Positions 29,211 to 39,900 of a stretch of DNA of 64,000 bases are shown here, one piece after another. Each line of letters begins with the position of its first letter. Positions within the stretch are counted from its first letter, which is position 1. The translations under genes and the position numbers were made by a program. This DNA is from an uncultured archaeon (GTDB taxonomy: Archaea; Iainarchaeota; Iainarchaeia; Iainarchaeales; GCA-2688035), in assembly GCA_964354805.1 (NCBI GenBank), contig CAYHBD010000016.1, positions 64,001 to 128,000 of the forward strand, written 5' to 3'. The notes under the pieces are model-generated. The model was given only the letters and a program-made list of their open reading frames with translations. It ran no database searches and had not been told where the DNA came from.

Positions 29211-30458
29211 ATGCACGCATTCGTTTCCGGCTACGGCTGCAGCTTGAACAAATCAGACACCGAGCAGATTAGGGGCTTTCTTGCAGTGCACGGTTTTCAG
29301 TTAGCCGGCAACCCCAACAAAGCTGATTTAATTGTAATAAACACCTGTGCAGTGAAAGAGCAGACCGAAGCAAAAATGCTCAAAGCAATAAAGCAATTGA
29401 ATTCCATTGCAGAGCGCAACGGAAGCAAGCTGGTTGTAGCAGGCTGCCTTCCCGCAATAAACCCGGATGCAGTCAAAGCAATTTCTGCAAAAATAATTCA
29501 AATTGGTCCATCGCTTTCCCAATTAGCTTGCTTTTTGAATTTGCCTGAAAAAGAATTTTCTCCCCTGCTTGAGGAAATCAAAGAAAATCCACTCATTTCA
29601 ATTATTCCGATTGCAAGGGGCTGCATTGGCAATTGCTCTTACTGCTGCGTTAAAAACGCGAGAGGCAGTCTCCGCAGTTATTCAATAAAGGAATTGAATG
29701 AAAAATTCAAAAAAGCAATAAAAGAAACAAAAGAAATATGGCTTACAGCACAGGACTGCGGCTGCTATGGCTTTGACCAAAACACAAATCTGCCAGCTCT
29801 GTTGAAATCTCTTTTGCAAAATAAGGGCGATTTCCGAATCAGGGTTGGAATGATTAATCCAGCGCACCTGCACTCTTTTCTCAATCAATACCTTGCCCTC
29901 TTCTCCGATGAGCGCTTGTACCGTTTTTTCCACATTCCACTGCAGAGCGGCAGCAATGCTGTCCTGCATTCAATGCTGAGGCCTTACAAAAAAGAAGCTT
30001 TTTTGTCCCTAGTTAAAAAAATCAGGCAACACTTTCCAGATGCAACAATTGCAACAGATGTAATTGCCGGCTTTCCAGGCGAAACAGAACAGCAATTCCA
30101 GGAAACGGTTTCTGTTCTCAAAAAAGCGCATCCTGACATTGTGAACATTTCGCGCTTTGGAGCAAGGCCAAACACGACCGCCGCCCTAATGCCAGGACGG
30201 TTGCATGGGCGGGAGCTGAAGAAGAGAAGCAGGATTCTAACAGCGCTTTGCAGGGAAATCGCCCTGAAAAGAAACAAGCGCTTTGTCGGCAAAAAAATGC
30301 GGATTCTTGTAACGGAAAAGGGCAGCAAAGGCAGCTTTGTTGGAAGAGCCCAGAACTACAAGCCTGTTGCAATAAAAGAAAACCGCTTAGGCGAATTTGT
30401 TAGCGTGCGGATAAATAAAGCTTTTTCAACCTATTTAAGTGGAACAGTGTTAAGCTAA
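29211..30458 (+). CDS. tRNA t6A37 methylthiotransferase (MtaB/CDKAL1-like radical SAM, TRAM domain)
   Basis: GCSLN, NTCAVK, GCIGNCSYC, QSGSN, DVIAGFPGET. Confidence 0.92.
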   Translation: MHAFVSGYGCSLNKSDTEQIRGFLAVHGFQLAGNPNKADLIVINTCAVKEQTEAKMLKAIKQLNSIAERNGSKLVVAGCLPAINPDAVKAISAKIIQIGPSLSQLACFLNLPEKEFSPLLEEIKENPLISIIPIARGCIGNCSYCCVKNARGSLRSYSIKELNEKFKKAIKETKEIWLTAQDCGCYGFDQNTNLPALLKSLLQNKGDFRIRVGMINPAHLHSFLNQYLALFSDERLYRFFHIPLQSGSNAVLHSMLRPYKKEAFLSLVKKIRQHFPDATIATDVIAGFPGETEQQFQETVSVLKKAHPDIVNISRFGARPNTTAALMPGRLHGRELKKRSRILTALCREIALKRNKRFVGKKMRILVTEKGSKGSFVGRAQNYKPVAIKENRLGEFVSVRINKAFSTYLSGTVLS

Positions 30459-30470
30459 TAGTTTTTTTTA

Positions 30471-30500
30471 TTTTCAACCTATTTAAGCGGAACTGTCTTG
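30471..30500 (+). pseudogene. Synonymously diverged duplicate of methylthiotransferase 3' end
   Basis: FSTYLSGTVL repeated 48 nt downstream; 26/30 nt, all 4 differences at third codon positions. Confidence 0.8.
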
Positions 30501-30600
30501 CCTGCAATAGTTTTTTTAATATTCTTTACTAAGTAATATTAATTCAGAAAGTAAACTTTTGGAAAAAGTTTAACCAAAAAGCTTTACCTGGGGTGTTTCA

Positions 30601-31359
30601 TTGCTTTTCGTCAATGTTTTGGAGCAGTATAAGGCGAATGCAAAAACCTTGCTGGTGTTTGCCCTATTGCTGGTTTTTGTCCTTGCTTTTGTGGCAGTGC
30701 AGCCTGTTTTTTTCAGCAGCGGCAGCGTTTTTCTGGACTACAATCTTGCGACAGCCGACTTATGGCAACTGCTTCCAGCCGCAGCATTTATTGCCCTGTT
30801 TTTGGCTTTTTACTCTTTTTTTATTTCAATCATTTTGTTCAGTGTCAGAAACAGCCTGAGCAGGCTGAGGCAGCATTACTACCTGCATGAAATGATGCAG
30901 CGCTTTACGCTGAAAATTTTTATTTTTTATTTGTTATTCTGTTTTCTGCTGTTTCTGCTTGTCACTGGCTTGCTTTTCTTGGGCGTTCAGATTGAATTAA
31001 TCAATGTCATTGTTCTTCTGGTTTCAGTTGCCCTGCTTTTTGTCCCGCAGGCAATTGTTGTTGACGAGGAAGGCTTGCGCTATGCGATTTCTAGCAATTT
31101 TGATTTCATTGCAAAAAACAAAGGCGCTGTGCTGACTGTGCTCATTGTCGGCTGCGTAATGCTTGCAGCCCTGCAATTGGTTGAGTTTGCAATAGACCAA
31201 ATTGCATTAATCGGCTCGCTTGTTTCCCTTTTCATTGCACTTGTATTCATTCTGCCGTTCATTGAAATAATGAAAACATACTTTTACATGATGCGCTTTG
31301 AGCTGATAAAGGGCCATGAGGTTGCGAGGAGGAAAAAGCCGCATCCAGCGAGGCATTAG
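30601..31359 (+). CDS. Hypothetical polytopic membrane protein
   Basis: 252 aa, about 6 TM segments. Confidence 0.75.
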   Translation: MLFVNVLEQYKANAKTLLVFALLLVFVLAFVAVQPVFFSSGSVFLDYNLATADLWQLLPAAAFIALFLAFYSFFISIILFSVRNSLSRLRQHYYLHEMMQRFTLKIFIFYLLFCFLLFLLVTGLLFLGVQIELINVIVLLVSVALLFVPQAIVVDEEGLRYAISSNFDFIAKNKGAVLTVLIVGCVMLAALQLVEFAIDQIALIGSLVSLFIALVFILPFIEIMKTYFYMMRFELIKGHEVARRKKPHPARH

Positions 31360-31472
31360 TTGCTAACAAAGCCACTTTAAAAATCTTTCTTTAACTTCCC
31401 TTATTTTTTAATTACCAAACCGTTTTTTTCAGAAAACAAACTTTTAAATAAACTTTTTTTCAGATTATTAAT

Positions 31473-31535
31473 AAGCCTTTTTCACTTCCGTGAAAAAGCC
31501 TTGGGAAAAAGGGCAATTGCTTCGCAATTGCAAAG
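31473..31535 (+). repeat. Double-hairpin repeat
   Basis: AAGCCTTTTTCAC.ttcc.GTGAAAAAGCCTTGGGAAAAAGG-GCAATTGC.ttc.GCAATTGC. Confidence 0.85.
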
Positions 31536-31557
31536 ATTTTTTATTTGGGGGGATGAA

Positions 31558-32031
31558 ATGCAGGCAGCTTTTGACAAAACTGATTTAATAATCCTAAAAA
31601 GCCTGATGCACGATGGCAGGGCAAGCTTCAGCAGCATTGCGAAGGAAACGGCTTTAACCGATGTCGCAATAAAGAAGAGGGTTGAAAGCCTGCGGAGAAG
31701 GGGCATTGTCAGCAGCATTACGGCGAACCTGAACTATAAGGCCCTCGGCTTTGAAAACCCAATTTTTGTCCAAATCCGTAGCGAGATTGGAAAAAACAAG
31801 GATTTGATTAAAAAAATGGAGAACTTTGACCACATAATCGAATTATACCAAGTGCTTGGTGAATACAACTTGCTGGCAAAAATGGTTGTGAACGATTTAA
31901 GCGCAGCGGAAAAAGTGATAAGCAAACTCGGCCTGATCGACGGCGTGCTTGATGTCAAAGCGCTGGTTGTATTGAACGAACTAAAGCAGGGCAAAGTACT
32001 GCCCTCAACAGCGCTGCAGAGAAAATTGTGA
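31558..32031 (+). CDS. Lrp/AsnC transcriptional regulator
   Basis: DKTDLIILKSL..DGRASF..IA, GEYNLL RAM domain. Confidence 0.92.
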   Translation: MQAAFDKTDLIILKSLMHDGRASFSSIAKETALTDVAIKKRVESLRRRGIVSSITANLNYKALGFENPIFVQIRSEIGKNKDLIKKMENFDHIIELYQVLGEYNLLAKMVVNDLSAAEKVISKLGLIDGVLDVKALVVLNELKQGKVLPSTALQRKL

Positions 32032-32049
32032 ATCGATTTTTTTTTTGAC

Positions 32050-32658
32050 TTATTTTATTTGGTCTGAAAGCAGCCAGGCGCACAGCATCATTGTGCTAAT
32101 GCCCAATCCAACCATTCCATGAAAGTAAAAAACCTGCGGCTCAAATATTCCGAAACCAAAAAATAGCAGTCCGACTAAAAAGCCAACTGTTCTTGCTCCG
32201 CCTGTTGCAACGCTTGAGCCTTTTGCCTTTTTTATCCTTGAAGATGCAAGAATCGAAAATGCAAAAAACCCCGCTTCCCAGAAAAAATCGTATTCTGTTT
32301 TTGGGAAAGGGTAATGCCCAAGTAGGAAAGCTGCGAAAATTCCCGCAAAAGCAAAAGACAATAGCATTTTGAGCAAATCATCAGGTTGCCTAATGTGCGG
32401 AAGTATATTATTGAATTTTCCTTCAAAAAAATATTGCTTTATTTTTTGGATTGTGTCAGACTGGAAGAAAATGAAAAGTGCTATCCATAAGCCACCCCAA
32501 ATAACACCAAACGGGTTCATGAAATGGAACAAAAAGCCTTGAAAAACCACAAAGCCAAAGCACTGCAGCAGGAAAAAGGATGCAATCGCGCCCCAGAACG
32601 ATTCAACCCTGATTTCTTCCAGATTGCCGGCTTTCATGGTTTTAATAGGATCCGCCAT
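32050..32658 (-). CDS. Hypothetical membrane protein
   Basis: 202 aa, multiple TM segments. Confidence 0.65.
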   Translation of the reverse strand: MADPIKTMKAGNLEEIRVESFWGAIASFFLLQCFGFVVFQGFLFHFMNPFGVIWGGLWIALFIFFQSDTIQKIKQYFFEGKFNNILPHIRQPDDLLKMLLSFAFAGIFAAFLLGHYPFPKTEYDFFWEAGFFAFSILASSRIKKAKGSSVATGGARTVGFLVGLLFFGFGIFEPQVFYFHGMVGLGISTMMLCAWLLSDQIK

Positions 32659-32736
32659 TTATTAAGAAAAAGCGCTTCTTTGTTTTTATAGCTTTTGCTA
32701 TACAAGATAATTGGATTTTTTTGCGGGTGCTGTTGA

Positions 32737-35055
32737 ATGATTCTGATAATTGCGGAGAAAGCTATTGCCGGGCGAAGAATTGCGGGAATTCTTGCTGGTG
32801 AAAGGCATTTGGAGAAAGCGAGCGCTGGGGCAATCTATTTTGATTTCGAGCAGAAGGGGCAGCAATACAGCGTTGTTCCATTGCGGGGGCACATTGTTGA
32901 CGTGGATTTTCCAGTTAAATACAGCCAGTGGCTTGGGACAGATTTGCGGAAGCTTGCTGAAAGCGAAATAGAATACATTGAAACAGAGAAAACAATTGCA
33001 GGCCTTTTGAAGAGAATCGCGCCCCTTGTTGAAGAGGCCATTGTTGCAACTGATGACGATAGGGAAGGGGAATCAATCGGCCTGGAAGCAATTGAAATAC
33101 TGCATAGTGTTAACAAAAAAATCCCTGTAAAGAGAATGAAGTTCAGTGCAATAATTGAACAGGAAATAAAACCGGCTTTCGCTGCCCTGCAGCCGCTGGA
33201 CAGGAACCTTGCTGAAAGCGCCAATGCAAGAAGGGAAATAGACCTTGTCTGGGGTGCTGTCCTGACAAGATTCCTCTCGCTTATTTCAGGTCAGCTTGGA
33301 AAACAGTTCCTCAGCATGGGCAGAGTTCAAGGCCCTACGCTTGGCTTGATTGTTGACAGGGAAAAGGAGAGAATGGCGTTTGAATCAAAAAAGTACTGGA
33401 TAGTGCAGGCGCTTTTTGAAAAAGACAAGCAGCAATTCATTGCATTGCACAAGAAAGGCAGGTTCTGGGAAAAGGGGGAAGCTGAGAAAGCAGCCCAGTG
33501 CAAAAAGGCAAAAGAGGGGACAGTGCAGCAGGTAAAGAAAACAAAAAAGGTTCTAAGCCGGCCTGTTCCGTTCAACACAACCCTTTTCCTGAGGGCAGCA
33601 ACAGCAATCGGCTTCAGTGCCGGAAGGGCAATGCAGATTGCCGAGACTCTTTACCAGCAGGGCTTAACCAGCTATCCGAGAACAGACAACAGCGTTTACC
33701 CGCCAGCGCTTGATTTGAGGGCAATTTTAAGCCAGCTGGCAACAGTGCACCAGTTTGCTCCAATGGCAGGGCAATTGCTTAACCAGAAAAAACTTGAAGC
33801 AAGCAAGGGCACTTTTGCAAAAGACCATCCTCCGATTCACCCTGTTGCAGCGCCATCGCGCCAGCTGCAGGCTGATGAGTGGAGAATCTACGAGCTGATT
33901 TGCAGGCGCTTTATGGCAACGCTTGCTGAAGATGCTTTAACGGAGAACCTTGCTGTTGAAATAGAGCTGGCAAAAGAACTGTTTGTTGCAAACGGGCAGC
34001 GTTATTTGAGCAAGGGCTGGAAGCTATTCTATCCTTACAGCAAGGCTGAGGAAACAATTCTGCCAGTGCTGCAGAAAGGCGACAAGGTTCTGCTTGTCAA
34101 ATTGGATATGCTGGCGAAGGAAACACTGCCGCCTCCTAGATACAGCCAGGGTGCTTTGATTAAGGAAATGTCAGATTTGAATTTGGGCACGAAAGCAACC
34201 AGGGCTGAAATAATCCAGAAGCTTTATGCAAGAAAATACATTTCAGGGCAGAAGGCAATTGAGCCAAACAAGATTGCTTTTGCAGTGATTGATTCGCTTG
34301 AGAAATACGATGGCGTTGTTGTTAAGCCAAAGATGACTGCCGATCTGGAAAAAGAGATGGATACTGTTGCTGAAGGAAAGAAAGAGAAAAAAGCTGTTGT
34401 TGACGAAAGCAGGCAGTTCCTTTCGAGCGCTTTGCAGCAGCTGTTGCAGAATAAAAACGAGATTGGTTCAATGCTGCGCGCTGCTTTGAGGGCCGATGCA
34501 ATAATCGGCAAGTGCACAAAGCCTGGATGCGATGGCGAGCTTTTGATGAGGCATGGCAGGACTGGAAAGCGTTTCCTAGGCTGCTCTGCTTATCCAAAAT
34601 GCACTAACACTTTCCCTCTGCCGCAAAAGGGCAGCATAACTGTTCTGCAAAAGCGGTGCGATGCCTGCGGCAATTTCATGATTCAAGTTGGCGGCAGAAG
34701 ATACAGGTTCAGCATGTGCATTGACCCGAACTGCAAAAGCAAGGATGAGTGGAAGAAAAAGCGCGAAGAGAGGATCAGGGCGCAGGGAGAGAAAGAAGCA
34801 GCTGAGAAAGCCGCAGAAAAGAAAGTTGTTGAAGAAGCTGCAGAAAAGAAAGCAGCTGAGAAAGGTGCTGGAAAGAAAGTTGCTGAAAAGGGTGCAGAAA
34901 AGAAAGTGGCCGAAGATGGTGCCGGAAAAATTAAAGAATTGAAAGCGCTTCCCAAAAAGAAAAAGGCAAAAAGCAGCAAGCTGAAAGAAACAGGGCAAGT
35001 AGCAGAGAAAAAGAAAAAAATCAAGGAATTTAAAACCGCGAGCCCAAGCGAGTGA
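32737..35055 (+). CDS. topA: Type IA DNA topoisomerase
   Basis: IIAEK, ATDDDREGE, GRVQGP, SYPRTD, Zn ribbons, Lys/Glu/Ala-rich tail. Confidence 0.96.
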   Translation: MILIIAEKAIAGRRIAGILAGERHLEKASAGAIYFDFEQKGQQYSVVPLRGHIVDVDFPVKYSQWLGTDLRKLAESEIEYIETEKTIAGLLKRIAPLVEEAIVATDDDREGESIGLEAIEILHSVNKKIPVKRMKFSAIIEQEIKPAFAALQPLDRNLAESANARREIDLVWGAVLTRFLSLISGQLGKQFLSMGRVQGPTLGLIVDREKERMAFESKKYWIVQALFEKDKQQFIALHKKGRFWEKGEAEKAAQCKKAKEGTVQQVKKTKKVLSRPVPFNTTLFLRAATAIGFSAGRAMQIAETLYQQGLTSYPRTDNSVYPPALDLRAILSQLATVHQFAPMAGQLLNQKKLEASKGTFAKDHPPIHPVAAPSRQLQADEWRIYELICRRFMATLAEDALTENLAVEIELAKELFVANGQRYLSKGWKLFYPYSKAEETILPVLQKGDKVLLVKLDMLAKETLPPPRYSQGALIKEMSDLNLGTKATRAEIIQKLYARKYISGQKAIEPNKIAFAVIDSLEKYDGVVVKPKMTADLEKEMDTVAEGKKEKKAVVDESRQFLSSALQQLLQNKNEIGSMLRAALRADAIIGKCTKPGCDGELLMRHGRTGKRFLGCSAYPKCTNTFPLPQKGSITVLQKRCDACGNFMIQVGGRRYRFSMCIDPNCKSKDEWKKKREERIRAQGEKEAAEKAAEKKVVEEAAEKKAAEKGAGKKVAEKGAEKKVAEDGAGKIKELKALPKKKKAKSSKLKETGQVAEKKKKIKEFKTASPSE

Positions 35056-35065
35056 GAAGGAGGAA

Positions 35066-35107
35066 GAGGGAGCATAAATCGCTTCCCTCCTGATCTAGCT
35101 TTTTTTC
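35066..35107 (+). terminator. Possible terminator after topA
   Basis: GAGGGAGC...GCTTCCCTC hairpin then T-run. Confidence 0.4.
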
Positions 35108-35163
35108 AGAGTGATGCATTGAATGCAGCCCCTGTTTTTACTTGGTGAGCCTAATCCTCCCAG

Positions 35164-35259
35164 AGCGCTGCATTAAAAAGCGAATTAATTGTTCAAATGC
35201 AGCACCCCTTCCAAAGTGTTGCATAAAAAACAAAATTAATTGTTCAAATGCAACACTTT
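35164..35259. promoter_or_regulatory. Two tandem dyad-symmetric boxes upstream of Lrp-like regulator
   Basis: GCTGCATT..AATTAATTGTTCA.AATGCAGC and AAAGTGTTGCAT..AATTAATTGTTCAA.ATGCAACACTTT. Confidence 0.55.
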
Positions 35260-35436
35260 GTCTCTCAACCGTGTTTCAAAAAACTTTCTACTCCCCCTTT
35301 TTTGTCAACCCCTCCTATTACATTGCATTAATATATGACCCTATTTGATATATATCAATTCATTTGCTTTTAGTGCCTCTTTTTGCACAGTTAATTTTTT
35401 AAAGATGTTCCATTTAATACATTTTTAGTGGTTTTT

Positions 35437-35973
35437 ATGTCAAATCAGATGCGTGTTATTGACGGCATTAGAATAGCTATTTTGGATTCTTTGCTCAAGC
35501 CGCGCAGCGTTCAGCCAAACATCAGGCAGATAAAGCACTACACCGACTTTCACAAGGCTACAATCAAGAGCAGCCTTGATTTTCTGCAGAAGGAAGGCGT
35601 TCTGCAGGGCTTTGGCCCTAAGGTTGATTTCAGAAAGCTTGGCTACAATCTGGAGGTTTTGACCCTGAGCCAGGCTGATTTAAGCGCACAAAAAGAATTT
35701 GAGAAATACCTTGAGACAATAGGCAAGGACCCGCACGTTTACTGGGCGAGCAGTGTTGTTGGTTCTGGCAACTGGAATATTTTAAGCAGGCACATCCACA
35801 GGGACATTGAATCTTTCCACGCTGAAGGCCAGAAGAGGTACAGGTCAATAGCAGGCTTCTATGACCTGGTCAAGGACACGCAGAGCTTTTTTTCAGTAGA
35901 GCCAGTTTTCAAGAACGCAAGCAGGACAAAGTCAATAATCGAATTGATTAAAAGGGACGCAGGAAAAGATTAA
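35437..35973 (+). CDS. Lrp/AsnC-like regulator
   Basis: HTH then PKVDFRKLGY linker and RAM-like domain. Confidence 0.8.
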   Translation: MSNQMRVIDGIRIAILDSLLKPRSVQPNIRQIKHYTDFHKATIKSSLDFLQKEGVLQGFGPKVDFRKLGYNLEVLTLSQADLSAQKEFEKYLETIGKDPHVYWASSVVGSGNWNILSRHIHRDIESFHAEGQKRYRSIAGFYDLVKDTQSFFSVEPVFKNASRTKSIIELIKRDAGKD

Positions 35974-36092
35974 GCAGCCCAGCATTAATTAAAAAAGGGA
36001 TAAACAGTTTATTTTTTTGAAAACGCAATTGGTTTTGCCAATGGAAATATAAATCGATTTGGGCAAAAGCATTGAATTGGCTGTTGATTGAA

Positions 36093-36896
36093 ATGGAAGT
36101 AGAGATTGATTTGGACAAAAGCGTTGAGGAAAACGCTTCTGAATACTTTGAGCGGAGCAAGAAAGCGAAGAAAAAACTGCAGGGCCTGATGCAGGCAATT
36201 GCCGAAACAGAGGAAAAATTAAGCCAGCTGCAGGCAGCGCCTGTTGAGAAAAAGCAGGCTGCAATAAAGCGGAAAATGCAGTGGTTCCAGGCATTCCACT
36301 GGTTCAAGAGCAGCGATGGCTTTCTTGTAATTGGAGGCAGGGACGCGAAAAGCAATGAAGCGATTGTAAAAAAACATCTGGACAAAGATGATTTGTTTCT
36401 GCACGCTGACATTCAGGGAGCATCAGGCTGCGTAATAAAAAGCGATGGCAAAAAAGTGCCGGAAAGCACGCTGCAGGAGGCAGCCCAGTTCTCTGCTGTC
36501 CGCAGCAAGGCATGGCAGCAGGGCCTGCCTGCAGTTGATGTTTACGCTGTTGCGGAAGAGCAGGTTTCCAAGAAAGCCCAAAGCGGCGAGTTCCTTTCAA
36601 CAGGCGCTTTCATGATTTACGGCGAAAGGCAGTGGTTCAGAAAAACAGGACTGCAATTTGCAATCGGATTGCTGAAAGAAGGCGAAACCTTTGCCGCAAT
36701 GGCAGGCCCTCCAAGCGCGGTGAAAAAACACTGCATTGTTTCCTTTGAAATAGTGCAGGGAAAGCAAAAGCCAAGCGATGTCGCAAAAAACCTGCTTGGC
36801 CTGTTTGAGAAAAAAGTGCCACAAAACGCTGTTTCGCTGGATGAAATAATTGCAGTGCTGCCTGGCGGCAGCCTTGGAATTAGGGAACGCTTTTAA
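36093..36896 (+). CDS. NFACT RNA-binding domain protein (short RqcH/NEMF-like)
   Basis: ENASEYFERSKK, GFLVIGGRDA.SNE, HADIQGA, GAFMIYG. Confidence 0.88.
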   Translation: MEVEIDLDKSVEENASEYFERSKKAKKKLQGLMQAIAETEEKLSQLQAAPVEKKQAAIKRKMQWFQAFHWFKSSDGFLVIGGRDAKSNEAIVKKHLDKDDLFLHADIQGASGCVIKSDGKKVPESTLQEAAQFSAVRSKAWQQGLPAVDVYAVAEEQVSKKAQSGEFLSTGAFMIYGERQWFRKTGLQFAIGLLKEGETFAAMAGPPSAVKKHCIVSFEIVQGKQKPSDVAKNLLGLFEKKVPQNAVSLDEIIAVLPGGSLGIRERF

Positions 36897-36942
36897 TTCT
36901 TTTTCCCATTGAATAATTTACTAAAACTTAAGGAGTGGAAAA

Positions 36943-39900
36943 ATGCCGGAGAAAAGCATTGAATTGAGGGTTGCAGACCCTGACCCAACGCATGTTGGAA
37001 GGAACATTGTCACTCTGGACAGGGAGACAAAGCAGGCGCTTAGCATTACCTCTGGCGACATTGTGGAAGTGGAAGGAACAAAAAAGACCGCCGCAATTGT
37101 CTGGCCAGCAAGGGCAGAGGATGAAAGCAAAAAGATTGTGCGGATGGACAACTTCATCAGGCACAATGCTGGCGTTGGCTTGGGCGAAAAGGTTGCCGTA
37201 AGAAAGTGCGAGCCAAAGGAGGCAAAGAAGGTTGTGCTTGCACCAAGTCAGGAAATTCGCATTATCGCCAGCGGCTTTGAGAGGATTTTGAAGAAGAACT
37301 TTTTGGGCAGGCCCCTGACTATTGGGGACAGCGTTTGGATTAGCGTTTTCGGCAGCGGCTTTGTTTACAGGGTGATTGACACCAACCCGAGAGGCATTGT
37401 GAAAGTAACTGATTTCACCCAGTTTTCTTTAAAGGAAAAGCCAGTGAAGGGCGAGCTTGAGGCAATTCCAAGGATTGCATACGAGGACATTGGCGGCCTT
37501 GACGAGCTGATTCAAAAGGTTCGAGAAATGGTTGAACTGCCGATGAAGCACCCTGAGTTGTTCAGAAGGCTTGGCATTGTTCCGCCCAAGGGCGTTTTAT
37601 TGCACGGCCCTCCCGGCTGCGGAAAAACACTGCTTGCAAAAGCTGTTGCAAACGAAACACAGGCGCACTTCATTTCAGTGAATGCCCCTGAAGTAATGTC
37701 AAAGTATGTTGGGGAAGCAGAAGAGCGCATTAGGCAGATGTTCAAGGACGCCGAAGAAAACGCGCCAAGCATTATTTTCATTGACGAGATTGATGCAATC
37801 GCGCCAAAAAGAGAGGAAGTGATTGGGGAAGTGGAGCGAAGGGTTGTTGCCCAGATTCTTGCTTTGATGGATGGCCTTGAGGCAAGGGGCAATGTCATTG
37901 TTATTGCTGCGAGTGTAACTGGTGACACTCCTGTGTTGGTTAAGAAGGGGGGTGTTATTCAACTAGCTACAATTGGGGAAGTGGTTGACCCATATTATGC
38001 GGATGGGGGGGAAGGCATCCAAAAAGACGCCAGCGACTTGGAAGTTCTTGGGATGAAAAAGTTGGTTGCCAAACACAATTTGCCTTGGACTTGCTTTGGT
38101 GGAAGCAAATTCCAGCCGGTAAAAGCGGTGTTTAGGCATAGGGTTGCTGAAATTTATGAAATTGATTTTAATGGCGGAAAAATCAAGACAACCGGCAACC
38201 ACTCAGTCTTTGTTAGAACTAGGAATGGCATTCGGGCTAAAAGAGTTGACGATTTGAGTTTGAATGATGTTTTGGTTGATTTGCCATATAAGGTTAATCG
38301 GACTACCCCTGCTAAAATGGAAGTCAGGGCGCATGAATTCGCTTTGAGTGAAACTCCAATTAAACTTCCAGTTTATGGCAGTGAAGTTCAAGAGATGTAT
38401 GCATTGGCAGTAGCAAGACAAATTAGTCCACAGCAAGTTTCTAAAACAATGGGCGTTCATGTTACAACCGCGTATGGCTGGCAGCGGGGTGACAGAAAGC
38501 CAGACTTTTGCAGGTACCACGAGGCAGGCATCCCAAACGAAGTAATTATCACGCCTGAATTGATGAAATTGTTTGGATATTATGTTGCCGAAGGTTATGC
38601 CAGATCGGAACTTGATTTCTGTTTCGGCGCCAAGGAGACGCATTTAATTGATGATGTTAGGAGTTCCATGAAATTAGTTTTCAATGTTGAACCTGATTCA
38701 ATCATTGTTACAAATAATCGTTGTAACATTGTTTATCACAAAAAACCTTTGGCAGATTTTTTTGCAAGGCATTGCGGTAAGGGTGCCCGCAACAAAAGGC
38801 TTGCCTCATTCTTTTTCGAACTACCCAAAGAATATTTCCTAAGCTTCTTGCAGGCATACATTGACGGAGATGGTTACGAAGACAAAAACGGAAGGCTGGA
38901 GGCAACATCAGTAAGCAAATCGCTTATCTGGGAACTGAACTGGCTTTGCAGGATGCACGGAATCAAATCCTATATTCACCAGTTTACCGCCAAAGAGGGA
39001 AGAACAATTAAAGGCGGAAAACCATTGAAAAAGACACTCGCATATCGCTTAGGTATCGGGAAAACCAACAATCCGTTCAGACTTTGCAAAAAAGTGCCGG
39101 CTCAAGGCTTGGCCAGAATTAAAAAAATCGCCAAAAAACAGTTTGACGGTTTCGTTTACGACCTGTGCGGTTGTGAAGAGGAAGCATTTTTTGGTGGTGA
39201 AGCCCCCATTTTGCTCCACAACACAAACAGGGTTAATTCAATTGACGAGGCATTGAGAAGGCCGGGCAGATTTGACAGGGAGATAGAGTTCCCTGTTCCT
39301 GACAAGGAAGCGAGGAAAGAGATTCTCGCAATTCATACAAGGGGAATGCCTATCCACCCGCCGCTTGATTTTGAGTATTTGCGCGAGCTGGCTGAAAAAG
39401 AGAACGGCAAGTTTTTGTCAAAGCAAACAATGGAGCAATTGGCAAAGCTGGTGAAAAAACCAGGCGATGAAAAAGAATTCTTTGCCTCTTTGGATGAAAA
39501 GGCAAAGGCAGAGGTAACAGAAGCCCTCAGGGACAAAATGCTTGAATACTTTGCTTCAATAACACACGGCTTTGTCGGGGCTGACCTTGCTGCTTTGGCA
39601 AAAGAGGCAGCAATGAAGGCGCTGAGGCGCTATCTGCCAAAGATTGATTTGGAGGATGAGAAAATCCCCCCTGAATTATTGGAATCAATGGAAGTCAACA
39701 AAAGGGATTTCATTAATGGATTGAAGGATGTTCAGCCAAGCGCACTGAGGGAAGTGACGATTGAAGTTCCGAATGTCAAATGGGGGGACATCGGTGACTT
39801 GGAGGATGTAAAAGAGGAACTGAAGCAGGCTGTTGAATGGCCTTTAAAGCACCCCGACAGCTTTAAAAAAATGGGCATAAGGCCGCCCGCCGGTGTGCTA

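Noticed and set aside
35981-36002. Decayed duplicate of the Lrp-like gene 3' end
   Set aside because: Short low-complexity match, not distinguishable from chance.
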